Assembly (NCBI GenBank): GCA_913063045.1
Contig: CAJXYM010000006.1
Location: 6,339-70,338, forward strand
From: an uncultured Flavobacteriales bacterium
GTDB taxonomy: Bacteria; Bacteroidota; Bacteroidia; Flavobacteriales; BACL11
Reading direction: 5' to 3'
Length of the DNA: 64,000 nt
Every line of letters starts with the position of its first letter. Position 1 is the stretch's first letter. Below are positions 40,475-50,783 of this stretch, piece after piece. A model generated the notes under the pieces. That model did no database searches and was not told the origin of the DNA. It saw only the letters and a program-made list of their open reading frames with translations. Made by a program: the position numbers and the translations under genes.

Positions 40475-41213
40475 ATTTAAAAGTTTTAAGTTTTAATGAT
40501 TTTTGATAAAGAACAGCGTATGTATTATAGTTGATCCAATCTCCTAAGTTGACATATTTGTACTCACTATCAATATCTATTTCTAAGGGGCTATGGGTAT
40601 GTCCAAAAATATAATAATCTACTTTATTAAGTTTTTGTTGTTGTTTGCTATAATTAATAAGTTGATTATTTTTGAGTTTATTTATGTTTTGATTATTTTG
40701 ACTTTTACTACTGCTTAACGACCATTTTTGTCCAATTAATAATCCTAAATTTGGATGTATCCTAGAAAATAACCAATTACAAACTTTTGATTTAAAAATA
40801 TTTTTTAATATTTTGTATTTATTGTCTCCATTTCCTAAGCCATCTCCATGACCAATAAATAACTTAACCCCACTAATACTTACTATACATTCTTTTTTTA
40901 TGACAGATATTCCAAGTTCTTTCTGAAAGTAATCGCTAACCCACATATCATGATTGCCAGTGAAAAATATAATATCAATACCTTTATCAGTTAATTCAGC
41001 AATTTTTCCAAATAACCGAACAAACCCTTTTGGAACTACCTTCTTGTATTCAAACCAAAAATCAAATATATCCCCCATAAGATAAATAGATTTAGCATCT
41101 TTTTCTATAGTATTTAACCATCGAATTATCTTTTTCTCTCTATTTAGACTAGCTTGAAAATTTGGTGATCCTAGATGAAAGTCTGAAGCAAAGTAAATTT
41201 TATCTTTTATCAT
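40473..41213 (-). CDS. lpxH: UDP-2,3-diacylglucosamine diphosphatase
   Basis: SDFHLG, GDIFDFW, GNHD, HGD, GHTH, NLGDW. Confidence 0.9.
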   Translation of the reverse strand: MIKDKIYFASDFHLGSPNFQASLNREKKIIRWLNTIEKDAKSIYLMGDIFDFWFEYKKVVPKGFVRLFGKIAELTDKGIDIIFFTGNHDMWVSDYFQKELGISVIKKECIVSISGVKLFIGHGDGLGNGDNKYKILKNIFKSKVCNWLFSRIHPNLGLLIGQKWSLSSSKSQNNQNINKLKNNQLINYSKQQQKLNKVDYYIFGHTHSPLEIDIDSEYKYVNLGDWINYNTYAVLYQKSLKLKTFK

Positions 41214-42658
41214 ATTTCTAGCTGATCTCTTAGTAAAATATTTGTAATCTTTGGATCTGCCTTTCCTTTAGATAGTTTCATCACTTCACCCATAAACATG
41301 CCTATAAGACCTTTCTTACCATTTCTATACTCCTCAACTTTTTGAGGAAATTTTGCCAATACGTCTTTAATTAATTCTTTTAAAACTTTATCGTCACTTT
41401 CTTGAATCCAATTATTCTCAATAGCAATCATTTCTGCAGTTTGATTTGAATTCAATAAAATTGGAAATATTTTTGATGTCGCCACTGAATTGCTGATTTT
41501 CTTGTCATCTATTAATCTGATTAAATCAGATATTTCTACTGGCTTTATATTTAACTCAGTAATATTTAGTGCTTTTTCATTAAGGTGTGACTTTATTACT
41601 CCGTTAATGAAATTTGCTGCAGCCTTGTAGTTATTAGTTAATTTACATAGCTGATTAAAATATGATGCAATATTTTTGTCTTCTATAATTAATGAAGCGT
41701 CATAATCAGATAATTTATATTGTTCTGTATATGTTACAAAAAGCTCTTTTGGAAGTAAAGGCATATTTTCTTTTACCTTACTAATATACTCCGTTGTTAT
41801 TTCTATTGGTTGTAAATCTGGCTCAGGAAAATATCTGTAATCATTCGCTTCTTCTTTATGTCTTTGAGATAAAGTTACTCCTTTACTCGCGTCAAAACCT
41901 CTTGTTTCATGAACAATACTACCACCTTTTTCAATTATATCTATTTGACGTTTTATTTCAAAATCTATCGCATTTCTAACATTTCTAGAGGAATTCATAT
42001 TTTTTACTTCCACTTTAGTTCCAAATGTTTTAGCTCCTTTAATCATGACAGATATATTAGCATCACACCTTAAACTTCCTTCTTCCATATTACCATCACA
42101 AATACCCAAGTGTCTCACTAGTTTCCTTACCTCCATAATATAATCAAATGCTTCTTCTCCACTTTTTATTTCTGGTTCTGAAACAATCTCTAATAGAGGA
42201 ACCCCAGCTCTATTAAGGTCAATGAGAGTATTAAAAGGATCAAGATCATGAATGCTTTTTCCAGCATCTTCCTCCATATGAATTCTTGTGATATTTATTT
42301 TTCTAGTTTTATTTTTCTTACACGGAATTTCTATAAACCCACCATTACAAATTGGGGTGTCATCTTGAGTGATTTGATATCCTTTAGGAAGGTCAGCATA
42401 GAAATAGTTTTTTCTAGCATATCTATTTACTTTTCTAATTTCTGCGCCCACTGCAATGCCTAGCTTTACTGCATACTCAATAACTTTTTTATTACTAACA
42501 GGAAGTGTTCCTGGGTGGCCTAAGGTTATTGCAGATGTTTTTGTGTTAGGAATTGCTCCATAAATATTTTCATCACTAGAGTAGGCTTTGGTGTTTGTAA
42601 GTAATTGAGCATGAACTTCAAGGCCTATTACTGCTTCATATTTATTATTATTCTCCAT
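41210..42658 (-). CDS. gatB: Asp/Glu-tRNA amidotransferase subunit B
   Basis: IGLEVHAQL, RKNYFYADLPKGYQITQ, HMEEDAGK, DYRYFPEPDL. Confidence 0.98.
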   Translation of the reverse strand: MENNNKYEAVIGLEVHAQLLTNTKAYSSDENIYGAIPNTKTSAITLGHPGTLPVSNKKVIEYAVKLGIAVGAEIRKVNRYARKNYFYADLPKGYQITQDDTPICNGGFIEIPCKKNKTRKINITRIHMEEDAGKSIHDLDPFNTLIDLNRAGVPLLEIVSEPEIKSGEEAFDYIMEVRKLVRHLGICDGNMEEGSLRCDANISVMIKGAKTFGTKVEVKNMNSSRNVRNAIDFEIKRQIDIIEKGGSIVHETRGFDASKGVTLSQRHKEEANDYRYFPEPDLQPIEITTEYISKVKENMPLLPKELFVTYTEQYKLSDYDASLIIEDKNIASYFNQLCKLTNNYKAAANFINGVIKSHLNEKALNITELNIKPVEISDLIRLIDDKKISNSVATSKIFPILLNSNQTAEMIAIENNWIQESDDKVLKELIKDVLAKFPQKVEEYRNGKKGLIGMFMGEVMKLSKGKADPKITNILLRDQLEI

Positions 42659-42660
42659 AT

Positions 42661-44007
42661 TTATTCAAAAATAATTTTTCCATTTGAAATGGTTTGATTA
42701 TTGTTAGATAATTCATAAAAATAAAGACCACTCCTTAGATTTTTTATATTTAAGGTGACTAACTCTTGATTCAAATTCCTTTCAGTTACTTTCCTTCCAA
42801 AACTGTCAAATAACTTAATTTTATCTGCTTGCTTTGAGATTATATTTAACACGTTTGAGGCAGGGTTTGGGTAAATCTTGTGATTCTTTGACAATATATT
42901 TATAGTTTGTGTTGAGTTACTCGTCATCTCTAAAACATACAGCCCAGATTGCATATCAGAGACTAAAATATTTCCTGAATTTAAATTAGGGTATACTCCC
43001 CATGCTCCTTTATATGATGTATGATTGTTAGGAGCATATGTGTCATAATTATTTACTTGAACAGGGCTACTTGGGTCACTTATGTCAAAAATTCTTAAAC
43101 CATCATGATAATAGGCGACATATAAAAGGTCGTCTTTAATAATTCCATTATGAGCCATAGATTGTCCGTCAACTCCAGAATTTAATGTGGCAATGACGCT
43201 TATATTGTTGAAATCACTTACATCTAGTATTTTCATGTCATAGCCGTGATTTTCATCTTGCATTGCATAAACTGTTCCATCATCACTTAGCCATCCTGAA
43301 TGATTATATCCTGCATCAGGATATGACGTTAATGAAGCTAATTGAGTAGGTTGATCTCCCATATTATTAACCATAGAAAAATCCATTATTCTTAAGCCTT
43401 GATTACCACAATTCAGAAAAGCTGTATCGTTCCTTACATAGGCATCATGGACATGTCCTACTGCACTGTAACTATAAATTAATTCTGGCGCAGTGGGTAT
43501 GTGTAAGCTGTAAACATCCATTGCATTATTAGAAGCACAAGCATATAGTTTAGCTGTAGCAGTATCAATAAAAATATTATGAGATTTTGTAAATAAATTA
43601 TTTGAATCATACACTGTGTTTATCGATGTTGGTAAGTTACTTATGTCTACAATTTGCAAAGTAGATGTACTTCCTTCATCGCAAACAATATAAAGATATC
43701 CATTAAAATCATGATAATCTCTGTGAATAACGCCAGTACCAGTATAGGCTCCTGCTAAAAAAGCTACTTCAAGACTATTAATTGGATTGGTTACATCAAA
43801 GAAATGTGTACCCGCAGTAGATCCAATAATTGCAATTTCTGAGCTATTAATGTTTAAACCCCAGATTTCATTGTAAGTATTATTATACGCAGATGATCCT
43901 ACTAATGATGTGTCATTCCAATTAAATAAAAGGCTAGTATTAAGTTGTCCATAAGAGGTGAATTGGAATATAAATAAGATTATTGTAATTAAAATATATT
44001 TTTTCAT
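42661..44007 (-). CDS. Choice-of-anchor B/LVIVD beta-propeller protein with T9SS C-terminal domain
   Basis: YNEIWG, repeated LQIVD/LRIMD/MKILD/LRIFD strands with His residues, GAWGVYP, YPNP C-terminal domain. Confidence 0.85.
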   Translation of the reverse strand: MKKYILITIILFIFQFTSYGQLNTSLLFNWNDTSLVGSSAYNNTYNEIWGLNINSSEIAIIGSTAGTHFFDVTNPINSLEVAFLAGAYTGTGVIHRDYHDFNGYLYIVCDEGSTSTLQIVDISNLPTSINTVYDSNNLFTKSHNIFIDTATAKLYACASNNAMDVYSLHIPTAPELIYSYSAVGHVHDAYVRNDTAFLNCGNQGLRIMDFSMVNNMGDQPTQLASLTSYPDAGYNHSGWLSDDGTVYAMQDENHGYDMKILDVSDFNNISVIATLNSGVDGQSMAHNGIIKDDLLYVAYYHDGLRIFDISDPSSPVQVNNYDTYAPNNHTSYKGAWGVYPNLNSGNILVSDMQSGLYVLEMTSNSTQTINILSKNHKIYPNPASNVLNIISKQADKIKLFDSFGRKVTERNLNQELVTLNIKNLRSGLYFYELSNNNQTISNGKIIFE

Positions 44008-44009
44008 TT

Positions 44010-44819
44010 TTAAATATTAGATATTAGTTCTTTAATAATTAAAGTTAGTTTAGGCTCAGCTATTTCAGCAACTGACTGAACATCTTCATGAGTTATTTTC
44101 TGTATTTTTCCAGGGACACCTAAATCTGTTATGACAGAAATTGCAAAGCAGTCAATATTCATATGTCGAGCTATTATGACTTCTGGTACTGTTGACATTC
44201 CAACAGTATCCCCTCCAATAAAACGAAAATAGGAGTATTCTGCCGGAGTTTCTAAAGTTGGACCAGTAACCCCTACATAAGTACCTACATGGTTTTTAAT
44301 ATTATTGTCATTGGCAATCTTAGTTGCAAGTTGAATCATTGTAGGATTATATGGCTCACTCATGTCAGGAAAACGTGGCCCCAGCTCATTTATGTTTCTA
44401 CCTATTAACGGATTTGGTATTAAATTTATATGATCATCTAAAATCATTAAATCTCCAATTTCATAATCAGGATTAATTCCTCCGCTAGCATTTGAAACTA
44501 AAAGTTTTTTTATTCCTAAAGCATTCATAACTCTAACCGGAAAAACAACGTCATGAATATGATATCCTTCGTAAAAATGAAACCTTCCTTGCATAACAAC
44601 AACTTGTTTTCCCTCAATCAATCCAAATATTAATTTTCCACTATGCCCTTCAACTGTAGATAAGCAGAAATTAGGAATATCTTTGTATGATATCGAGTGC
44701 TTAATATCAATTTCATTAACAAGCTTGCCAAGTCCAGTTCCTAGAACAATTCCAATATTTGGATTGAAATTTGTTTTAGATTTTAAAAAATTAGCTGTTT
44801 CTTTTATTTTTTCTAACAT
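44010..44819 (-). CDS. punA: Purine nucleoside phosphorylase (trimeric type)
   Basis: IVLGTGLG, QGRFHFYEG, ETPAE, VGMSTVPE. Confidence 0.95.
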   Translation of the reverse strand: MLEKIKETANFLKSKTNFNPNIGIVLGTGLGKLVNEIDIKHSISYKDIPNFCLSTVEGHSGKLIFGLIEGKQVVVMQGRFHFYEGYHIHDVVFPVRVMNALGIKKLLVSNASGGINPDYEIGDLMILDDHINLIPNPLIGRNINELGPRFPDMSEPYNPTMIQLATKIANDNNIKNHVGTYVGVTGPTLETPAEYSYFRFIGGDTVGMSTVPEVIIARHMNIDCFAISVITDLGVPGKIQKITHEDVQSVAEIAEPKLTLIIKELISNI

Positions 44820-45825
44820 ATTCTGATATGAGTTTTTTAAATTTTACTTCTTCTTGAAATTTAATATTAATTGGTAAATAATAAATAGGTAAGTCTTTTA
44901 AAAGGCTTTCAAACTCTAAAAGTTTGACAGCATCTTTTTCGGTGGTCAATATAAGTCTTTTTGTTGTTTGGTTTATCTCAAAATGTTGGATAATTTTTCG
45001 GATATCTTTTTCATTATAATCATGATGATCTTTAAAAGTGATGTGCGTAAATCTGGTATTACTACTCACTAAATATTCAATTAATGAATGAGTGTCAGCA
45101 ATTCCTGTTACGAGTAAAACCTCTTCAGGTATTTTTTGTTTTGAGCTATTAAAAAGATGTATGCATTTTTCATATTTAATCTCTGAAAAAAAACATTCAT
45201 CCTCTTTATGGAACATGGCTTTTTTAGTTATTTCTTTTTTCTTTAATAAAGAAATTAGATTTGGACTTTTAGTGATGATTATATTATCTGCTCGTTTACT
45301 CTCATTTTTTCTATCTCTTAACGATCCAAATGGAAATAAATAATCATTAAAATACAGATTGTGATATGGTGTTAATAATATATTTAAACCAGCTTGAATT
45401 TTTCTATGCTGTAAGCCATCATCAAGAATAATGACATCTATATCCTTATGTTCCTGTATGATTTTTGTGATTGCAAATTTTCTATTTTCACATACAATTA
45501 CAAGTGAGTTTGTGTGTTTTCTTTTTAGTAAAAGGGGCTCATCTCCAACTCTTCTAAAACTATCATTTATATTTACCTCAATAAAACCACTACTTTTCCT
45601 TTTATATCCCCTGCTTAGAATGGCCACTTTATATTTTTTCTTTAAAAAATTAACAATAAAGTCTGTATGGGGAGTTTTTCCTGAGCCTCCAAAAGATAAA
45701 TTACCAATACATATCACAGGGATATTAAATTGAGTAGATTTTAGAATTCCAGAAATAAATAAAAAATTCTTAATATTTAAATAAATAAGGTAAATAATCG
45801 ATAATGGTATTAAAAGAATCCTCAT
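44791..45825 (-). CDS. lpxK: Tetraacyldisaccharide 4'-kinase
   Basis: GNLSFGGSGKTP, SRGY, GDEP, LDDGLQH, TTEKD. Confidence 0.97.
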   Translation of the reverse strand: MRILLIPLSIIYLIYLNIKNFLFISGILKSTQFNIPVICIGNLSFGGSGKTPHTDFIVNFLKKKYKVAILSRGYKRKSSGFIEVNINDSFRRVGDEPLLLKRKHTNSLVIVCENRKFAITKIIQEHKDIDVIILDDGLQHRKIQAGLNILLTPYHNLYFNDYLFPFGSLRDRKNESKRADNIIITKSPNLISLLKKKEITKKAMFHKEDECFFSEIKYEKCIHLFNSSKQKIPEEVLLVTGIADTHSLIEYLVSSNTRFTHITFKDHHDYNEKDIRKIIQHFEINQTTKRLILTTEKDAVKLLEFESLLKDLPIYYLPINIKFQEEVKFKKLISEYVRKNKRNS

Positions 45826-45886
45826 ATTACAAAGATAGAAATTTTAGAATTTACTTTGTTTTATTCAAGTTTATTAAATTTGAAAA

Positions 45887-46981
45887 ATGAAAATACATAA
45901 TATAACCAATATTCTTGAGGAATGGGCTCCACTTTCCTATCAAGAAAATTACGATAATTCAGGATTAATTGTTGGTAGTCTTAATGATAATTTAGAAGGA
46001 GTTTTAGTAACATTAGATTGCACAGAAAAGATTATTGACGAGGCTATTAAAAAGAAATGTAATTTAATTATAGCTCATCATCCTATTTTATTTAATCCAT
46101 TGAAAAAACTAAGTGGAGATACTTATGTTGAAAGAATAATTATAAAAGCCATTAAAAATAATATTTCGATTTATGCTATTCATACTAATCTAGATAATAT
46201 TATTGACGGTGTTAATTCTTCTATAGCAAATAAGTTAGGTCTTTTAAATTGTAAGATTTTACAACCTAAATATGATGTATTAAAACAACTTGTTGTTTAT
46301 TGTCCTAAAGATCATGTAGAATTTTTAAGAGAAAATCTTTTTCAAATAGGAGCAGGGTCTATTGGAGATTATGATAATTGTAGCTTTTCTTCAAAAGGAA
46401 TAGGTACTTTTTTGCCAAAATCTGAGAGTAATCCTTTTGTAGGAGAAAAGGGAGTTCTACATAAAGAAAAAGAAATAAAATTAGATTTAGTATTCCCGAA
46501 AAATATTGAGTCAAAAATTATTAAATGTTTAGAAGATATTCATCCTTATGAGGAAGTTGCATATCAAATTTTCTCTTTAAATATTAAATTTAAATCTGTT
46601 GGTGCTGGCTTAATAGGTGAATTAAATGAATCTATTGATCCTGCAAAGTTTATATCAAGTTTAAAAATTAAAATGAATACAAGTTGTGTTCGCTACACAG
46701 AGTTAATTGATAAAAAGATTAAAACTGTAGCAGTATGTGGAGGTTCGGGAAGTTTTCTCCTATCAACTGCTATTAATAGTCATGCAGATATTTTTATCTC
46801 TAGTGATTTCAAATATCATGAGTTTTTTGATGCAGATAATAAGATAATTATAGCTGATATTGGACACTTTGAAAGCGAACAATATACAAAGGACTTGATT
46901 TATGATTTCCTTAGAAAAAAAATCACTAAATTCGCCGTCCATTTATCACAAGTTAAAACGAATCCTATAAATTATATATAA
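45887..46981 (+). CDS. Nif3-like dinuclear metal protein (with PII-like insert)
   Basis: YDNSGL, AHHP, HTNLD, HPYEEVAY, GHFESE. Confidence 0.95.
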   Translation: MKIHNITNILEEWAPLSYQENYDNSGLIVGSLNDNLEGVLVTLDCTEKIIDEAIKKKCNLIIAHHPILFNPLKKLSGDTYVERIIIKAIKNNISIYAIHTNLDNIIDGVNSSIANKLGLLNCKILQPKYDVLKQLVVYCPKDHVEFLRENLFQIGAGSIGDYDNCSFSSKGIGTFLPKSESNPFVGEKGVLHKEKEIKLDLVFPKNIESKIIKCLEDIHPYEEVAYQIFSLNIKFKSVGAGLIGELNESIDPAKFISSLKIKMNTSCVRYTELIDKKIKTVAVCGGSGSFLLSTAINSHADIFISSDFKYHEFFDADNKIIIADIGHFESEQYTKDLIYDFLRKKITKFAVHLSQVKTNPINYI

Positions 46982-46982
46982 G

Positions 46983-47732
46983 ATGGCTAAAAAAGAAAAA
47001 TTATCAGTAACAGTTGAAGATAGATTAAGAGCATTACATCAGCTTCAAATCATTGATTCAGAAGTTGACAAAATTAGAATTGTTAGAGGAGAGCTTCCTC
47101 TTGAAATAGAAGATTTAGAAGATTTAATTGAAGGATTAAAAACTCGCTTAGAAAAACTTTCTAATGAACTTGAAGAAGTTAATTCAAATTTAACAGCTAA
47201 GAACAATAATATTTTAGAAGCTACAGAACTTATAAAAAAGTATGAAAAGCAACTAAAAAATATAAAAAATAATAGAGAGTTTTCTTCTTTAACTAAAGAG
47301 CTAGAATATAAAAATCTTGAGATTCAATTAAGCGAAAAAAATATTATTGAACTTAAGGCTAAGGTGCTTCATAAAACAGAAATAATTGATGCTTCTAAAC
47401 TGCAAATAGCTGATAGGGAAGAAGAATTAAAATTAAAGAAGGAAGAGTTAGATGCTATTGTAAAAGAGACAGAGAAAGAGGAGAAAGTATTAATGAAGAA
47501 ATCTGAAAAAGCTCAGAAAGTAATTGAAGATAGACTCTTAGGATCTTACACTAGAATTCGTAACAAGGTTAAGAATGGTTTAGCTGTTGTTTCTGTTGAC
47601 AGAGATGCTTGTGGGGGATGTTTTAATCAAGTACCACCACAACGTCAATTAGATATTCAAATGCATAAAAAAGTAATTGTTTGTGAGCATTGTGGTAGAA
47701 TTTTAGTTGATTCAAATTTTCTTGAACAATAA
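46983..47732 (+). CDS. Coiled-coil C4 zinc-ribbon protein (DUF164-like)
   Basis: Long coiled coil, ACGGCF...CEHCGRIL; follows nif3 as usual. Confidence 0.92.
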   Translation: MAKKEKLSVTVEDRLRALHQLQIIDSEVDKIRIVRGELPLEIEDLEDLIEGLKTRLEKLSNELEEVNSNLTAKNNNILEATELIKKYEKQLKNIKNNREFSSLTKELEYKNLEIQLSEKNIIELKAKVLHKTEIIDASKLQIADREEELKLKKEELDAIVKETEKEEKVLMKKSEKAQKVIEDRLLGSYTRIRNKVKNGLAVVSVDRDACGGCFNQVPPQRQLDIQMHKKVIVCEHCGRILVDSNFLEQ

Positions 47733-47798
47733 TTAGAGCGTCTTCTTTGTAAATTATTTAGATGGGATTTCATATTTTTGAAATCCCATTTTTATTTT

Positions 47799-49283
47799 AT
47801 GAGAATCTTAACATTTCTTTTCCTTTTTATTTCTAACACTTGTTTTGCATCATTTGAGATGAATAGTAATATGCATAAAGCTTATAAGCATATTATGAAT
47901 CTTGAATTTAGTCAAGCACAAAATTATATTAATTTAGAAAAGAAAAATAATTCCTCTAACGGTCTTATTATTATAAATGAAAATTATATAGATTTCTTAA
48001 AAATTATAGTAGGCGAAGAGCAGTTATATTTTTTAGAAGCAAAAAAAAATAAATCTAATAGGCTGTATGCGTTATATAACTGTGATAGAGAATCTCCTTA
48101 TTATCTTTTTTCTCAGGCAGAATTGCACTTGCAATGGGCTTTTGCTAGAATAAAATTTAAAGAATATGTTCAAGCAGCTTATGAACTTCAAAAAGCATAT
48201 AGACTGTTGCAGAAAAATTCAAAAAAATTTCCTGAATTTATTCTTAATCAAAAAAGTCTAGGTGTATTACAAATATTAATAGGATCTGTACCAAAATCTT
48301 ATAGTTGGATTATAGATGTTATAGGATTGAAGGGGAGTATTAACTCCGGTTTCATACAATTATATTCCTTTTTAGAATCTACAGAGATTTCTGAAGATTA
48401 TAAGATATACAAATTAGAAACATTATTTCTAATTTCATTTTTAGAAATGAATATGAATAATGATAATAGTTCTTATGAAAAGTTAATTGAAACAATTGGA
48501 GATGCATATTTAAGCAGTGATTTGATGAAGTTTTGTGTTGCTCGCTTACATAGCAAATTAGGCCAGAATGATTTATGTATCCAAATTTTAGAATCAGATT
48601 CAAAAGCTTATGAAGCATATCCATTTCCTTATCTAAAATATTTGTCTGCAATGTCAAAAATGTATAAACTTGATTTTAAAGATTCAAAAAAATATTTTAA
48701 TGCTTTTATAAATGAGTTTAAAGGTAGAAATTATATAAAATCAGCATATAATAAATTATCGCTTATTTCATTTTTAGAAGAAGATTCAATAAAAGAATAT
48801 CTATATGATAGTCTAACCCTCTCTAAAGGATATATTGTAATTGACGAAGATAAACAAGCTTTAAATTACGCTGTAAATGATGCTATATTAGATAAAGAAA
48901 TTTTAAAATCTAGATTGCTTTACGATGGGGGGTATTTTACAGAGTCAAAGAAAATATTAGGCCTTATAAATATATCTGATTTTCGTGATTCTATCCATTT
49001 TATTGAATACTATTATAGGTATGCAAGAGTATCCCAGAAACTAGATAAGAGTTCGGAAATTACTATAAATTTATACAATAAAGTATTGAGCTTGAGTGAT
49101 GAAGATAATCTTTACTATTTACCTATGTCAGCTCTTCAAATCGGCTTGATTTATGAAAAAAATAATTCTCTAAAATTAGCAAAGAAATATTTTCATAAAT
49201 GTTTAGAGTTTCAAAATTTTAATTATTCTAATGGCATTCATCAAAGCGCAACTTCTGGATTAAATAGAATAGCTAGTATCTAA
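47799..49283 (+). CDS. Secreted TPR-like helical repeat protein
   Basis: Signal peptide from ATG 47799 (TATTTTTG at 47773-47780), helical repeats, RLLYDGGY. Confidence 0.7.
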   Translation: MRILTFLFLFISNTCFASFEMNSNMHKAYKHIMNLEFSQAQNYINLEKKNNSSNGLIIINENYIDFLKIIVGEEQLYFLEAKKNKSNRLYALYNCDRESPYYLFSQAELHLQWAFARIKFKEYVQAAYELQKAYRLLQKNSKKFPEFILNQKSLGVLQILIGSVPKSYSWIIDVIGLKGSINSGFIQLYSFLESTEISEDYKIYKLETLFLISFLEMNMNNDNSSYEKLIETIGDAYLSSDLMKFCVARLHSKLGQNDLCIQILESDSKAYEAYPFPYLKYLSAMSKMYKLDFKDSKKYFNAFINEFKGRNYIKSAYNKLSLISFLEEDSIKEYLYDSLTLSKGYIVIDEDKQALNYAVNDAILDKEILKSRLLYDGGYFTESKKILGLINISDFRDSIHFIEYYYRYARVSQKLDKSSEITINLYNKVLSLSDEDNLYYLPMSALQIGLIYEKNNSLKLAKKYFHKCLEFQNFNYSNGIHQSATSGLNRIASI

Positions 49284-50760
49284 ATCCTAAAGTGACAAGC
49301 AAGTTGTGATTTGTGTGTATAAGATCTTTAGAGGCTATAAATTCTTCATTATACATCTGATAATTTTCTTTATATTGTGATAAAACATATGCAAAGTCGA
49401 TATAATAACCACCATTATTAACTCCTAACCCAAATGAAAAGTTTTCTCTGTTTAGAGATTCATCATTATCGTTTTTATATGGGCTTCCATAAAGCGCATA
49501 TCCTGCTCTTAGATTTAATTTTTTAAATTTAGTCTCGGCTCCAAATCTAATATTCTCAGTTTTAATAAATGTATTATTTATAGCATTGTTTTCATCATAG
49601 AAAACTTGACTACCATCATCCATATAATAATTTTCTATATCAAATGAAGCAGTGGAATAATCAATTATTTCATATTCAATACTAATTATCGAGCTACTGA
49701 AATTAGCCGAAACGCTAGCAATTGCTTTCCAAGGAGTAATTAAATTGTATTCGAAAAAATTATTTGGTGAATATTCATTGTAACTTGTATCGTTAAATCT
49801 TGTTGTTGTAAGTGTTTGAAATTCTTCTTGAATTGTGAAATATGTTGGGGAATGAAGAGCTCCTCCAATTTTTATTTGATCATTTAATCTATATATCCCT
49901 CCTAATTTTAGATTTATTCCTGTACCGCTAGCTATAAGATCTTGAGTATATGAAAACGCCTCTAAATTATTAATGGTGTCTTCAAACCCGCTCTCAGTAT
50001 GTTTAGTGGATTCGCTGTAGTTAAGGCTAGGGAAACCTAATGTTGCTCCTATATAAAACTTCTCTTGATAAGAAGAGCCTATAGATAAAACAAATTCATT
50101 CATACCTCCATTTGCATTAACCATATGAATCTGATTTTTGTTACTGTTACTAGCAACATGTGAAATATAATTTCCATTATCATATATATAGCCATTAGAA
50201 TCAGTAGAATTATCTGACAAGTCAATAATGTCAGTCCAAAATGCAGGTGCAGCAAAAAATGAATTTAGATTATTAATTGTATTGCCTTGCGCTATTGATA
50301 GAAAATTATCAGCTAAGCTGGATGTTTGATTTTGATTATATATGTAAATATTTTTATTGTAGTCTGCAAGTTGATTCCAACCTATTCCAAAGTTAACTCT
50401 TTTCCAGTCTGGGTCATCTTTTGCATAGGAAAGTACTAAGCCAATATTTCCTATTCTCCCATCTGAACTTTCTTCTTCAAATGATAAGTTGTTATAGTAT
50501 GATGTTGTATTATTAGAAATCAAATGAGGGGTAAATGTTACTTCTGTAAATTGATACATACCTAAACCAGCTGGGTTACTACTTAGTCCTGAAAAATCGC
50601 CTCCTAATGAACCGAATGCTCCAGACATTGATGAATATTTTGCTGTCCCGGAGATATTCATTTGTGAATATCTTAAGGCATCAAATTCATTTTGAGCCTT
50701 ACATTCTATAATGCTAAGAAAAGATAATATTACGATAGATATTTTGTAGTATATTTTCAT
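49273..50760 (-). CDS. OmpP1/FadL-family outer-membrane beta-barrel
   Basis: DALRYS..GTA...MSGAFGSLGGD...NPAGLG, C-terminal LGFRY. Confidence 0.88.
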   Translation of the reverse strand: MKIYYKISIVILSFLSIIECKAQNEFDALRYSQMNISGTAKYSSMSGAFGSLGGDFSGLSSNPAGLGMYQFTEVTFTPHLISNNTTSYYNNLSFEEESSDGRIGNIGLVLSYAKDDPDWKRVNFGIGWNQLADYNKNIYIYNQNQTSSLADNFLSIAQGNTINNLNSFFAAPAFWTDIIDLSDNSTDSNGYIYDNGNYISHVASNSNKNQIHMVNANGGMNEFVLSIGSSYQEKFYIGATLGFPSLNYSESTKHTESGFEDTINNLEAFSYTQDLIASGTGINLKLGGIYRLNDQIKIGGALHSPTYFTIQEEFQTLTTTRFNDTSYNEYSPNNFFEYNLITPWKAIASVSANFSSSIISIEYEIIDYSTASFDIENYYMDDGSQVFYDENNAINNTFIKTENIRFGAETKFKKLNLRAGYALYGSPYKNDNDESLNRENFSFGLGVNNGGYYIDFAYVLSQYKENYQMYNEEFIASKDLIHTNHNLLVTLGFRY

Positions 50761-50783
50761 TATTAAAATATTATAAGCCTAAT

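Noticed and set aside
41210-42658. gatB without gatA/gatC
   Set aside because: Dispersed gat genes are ordinary in this phylum.
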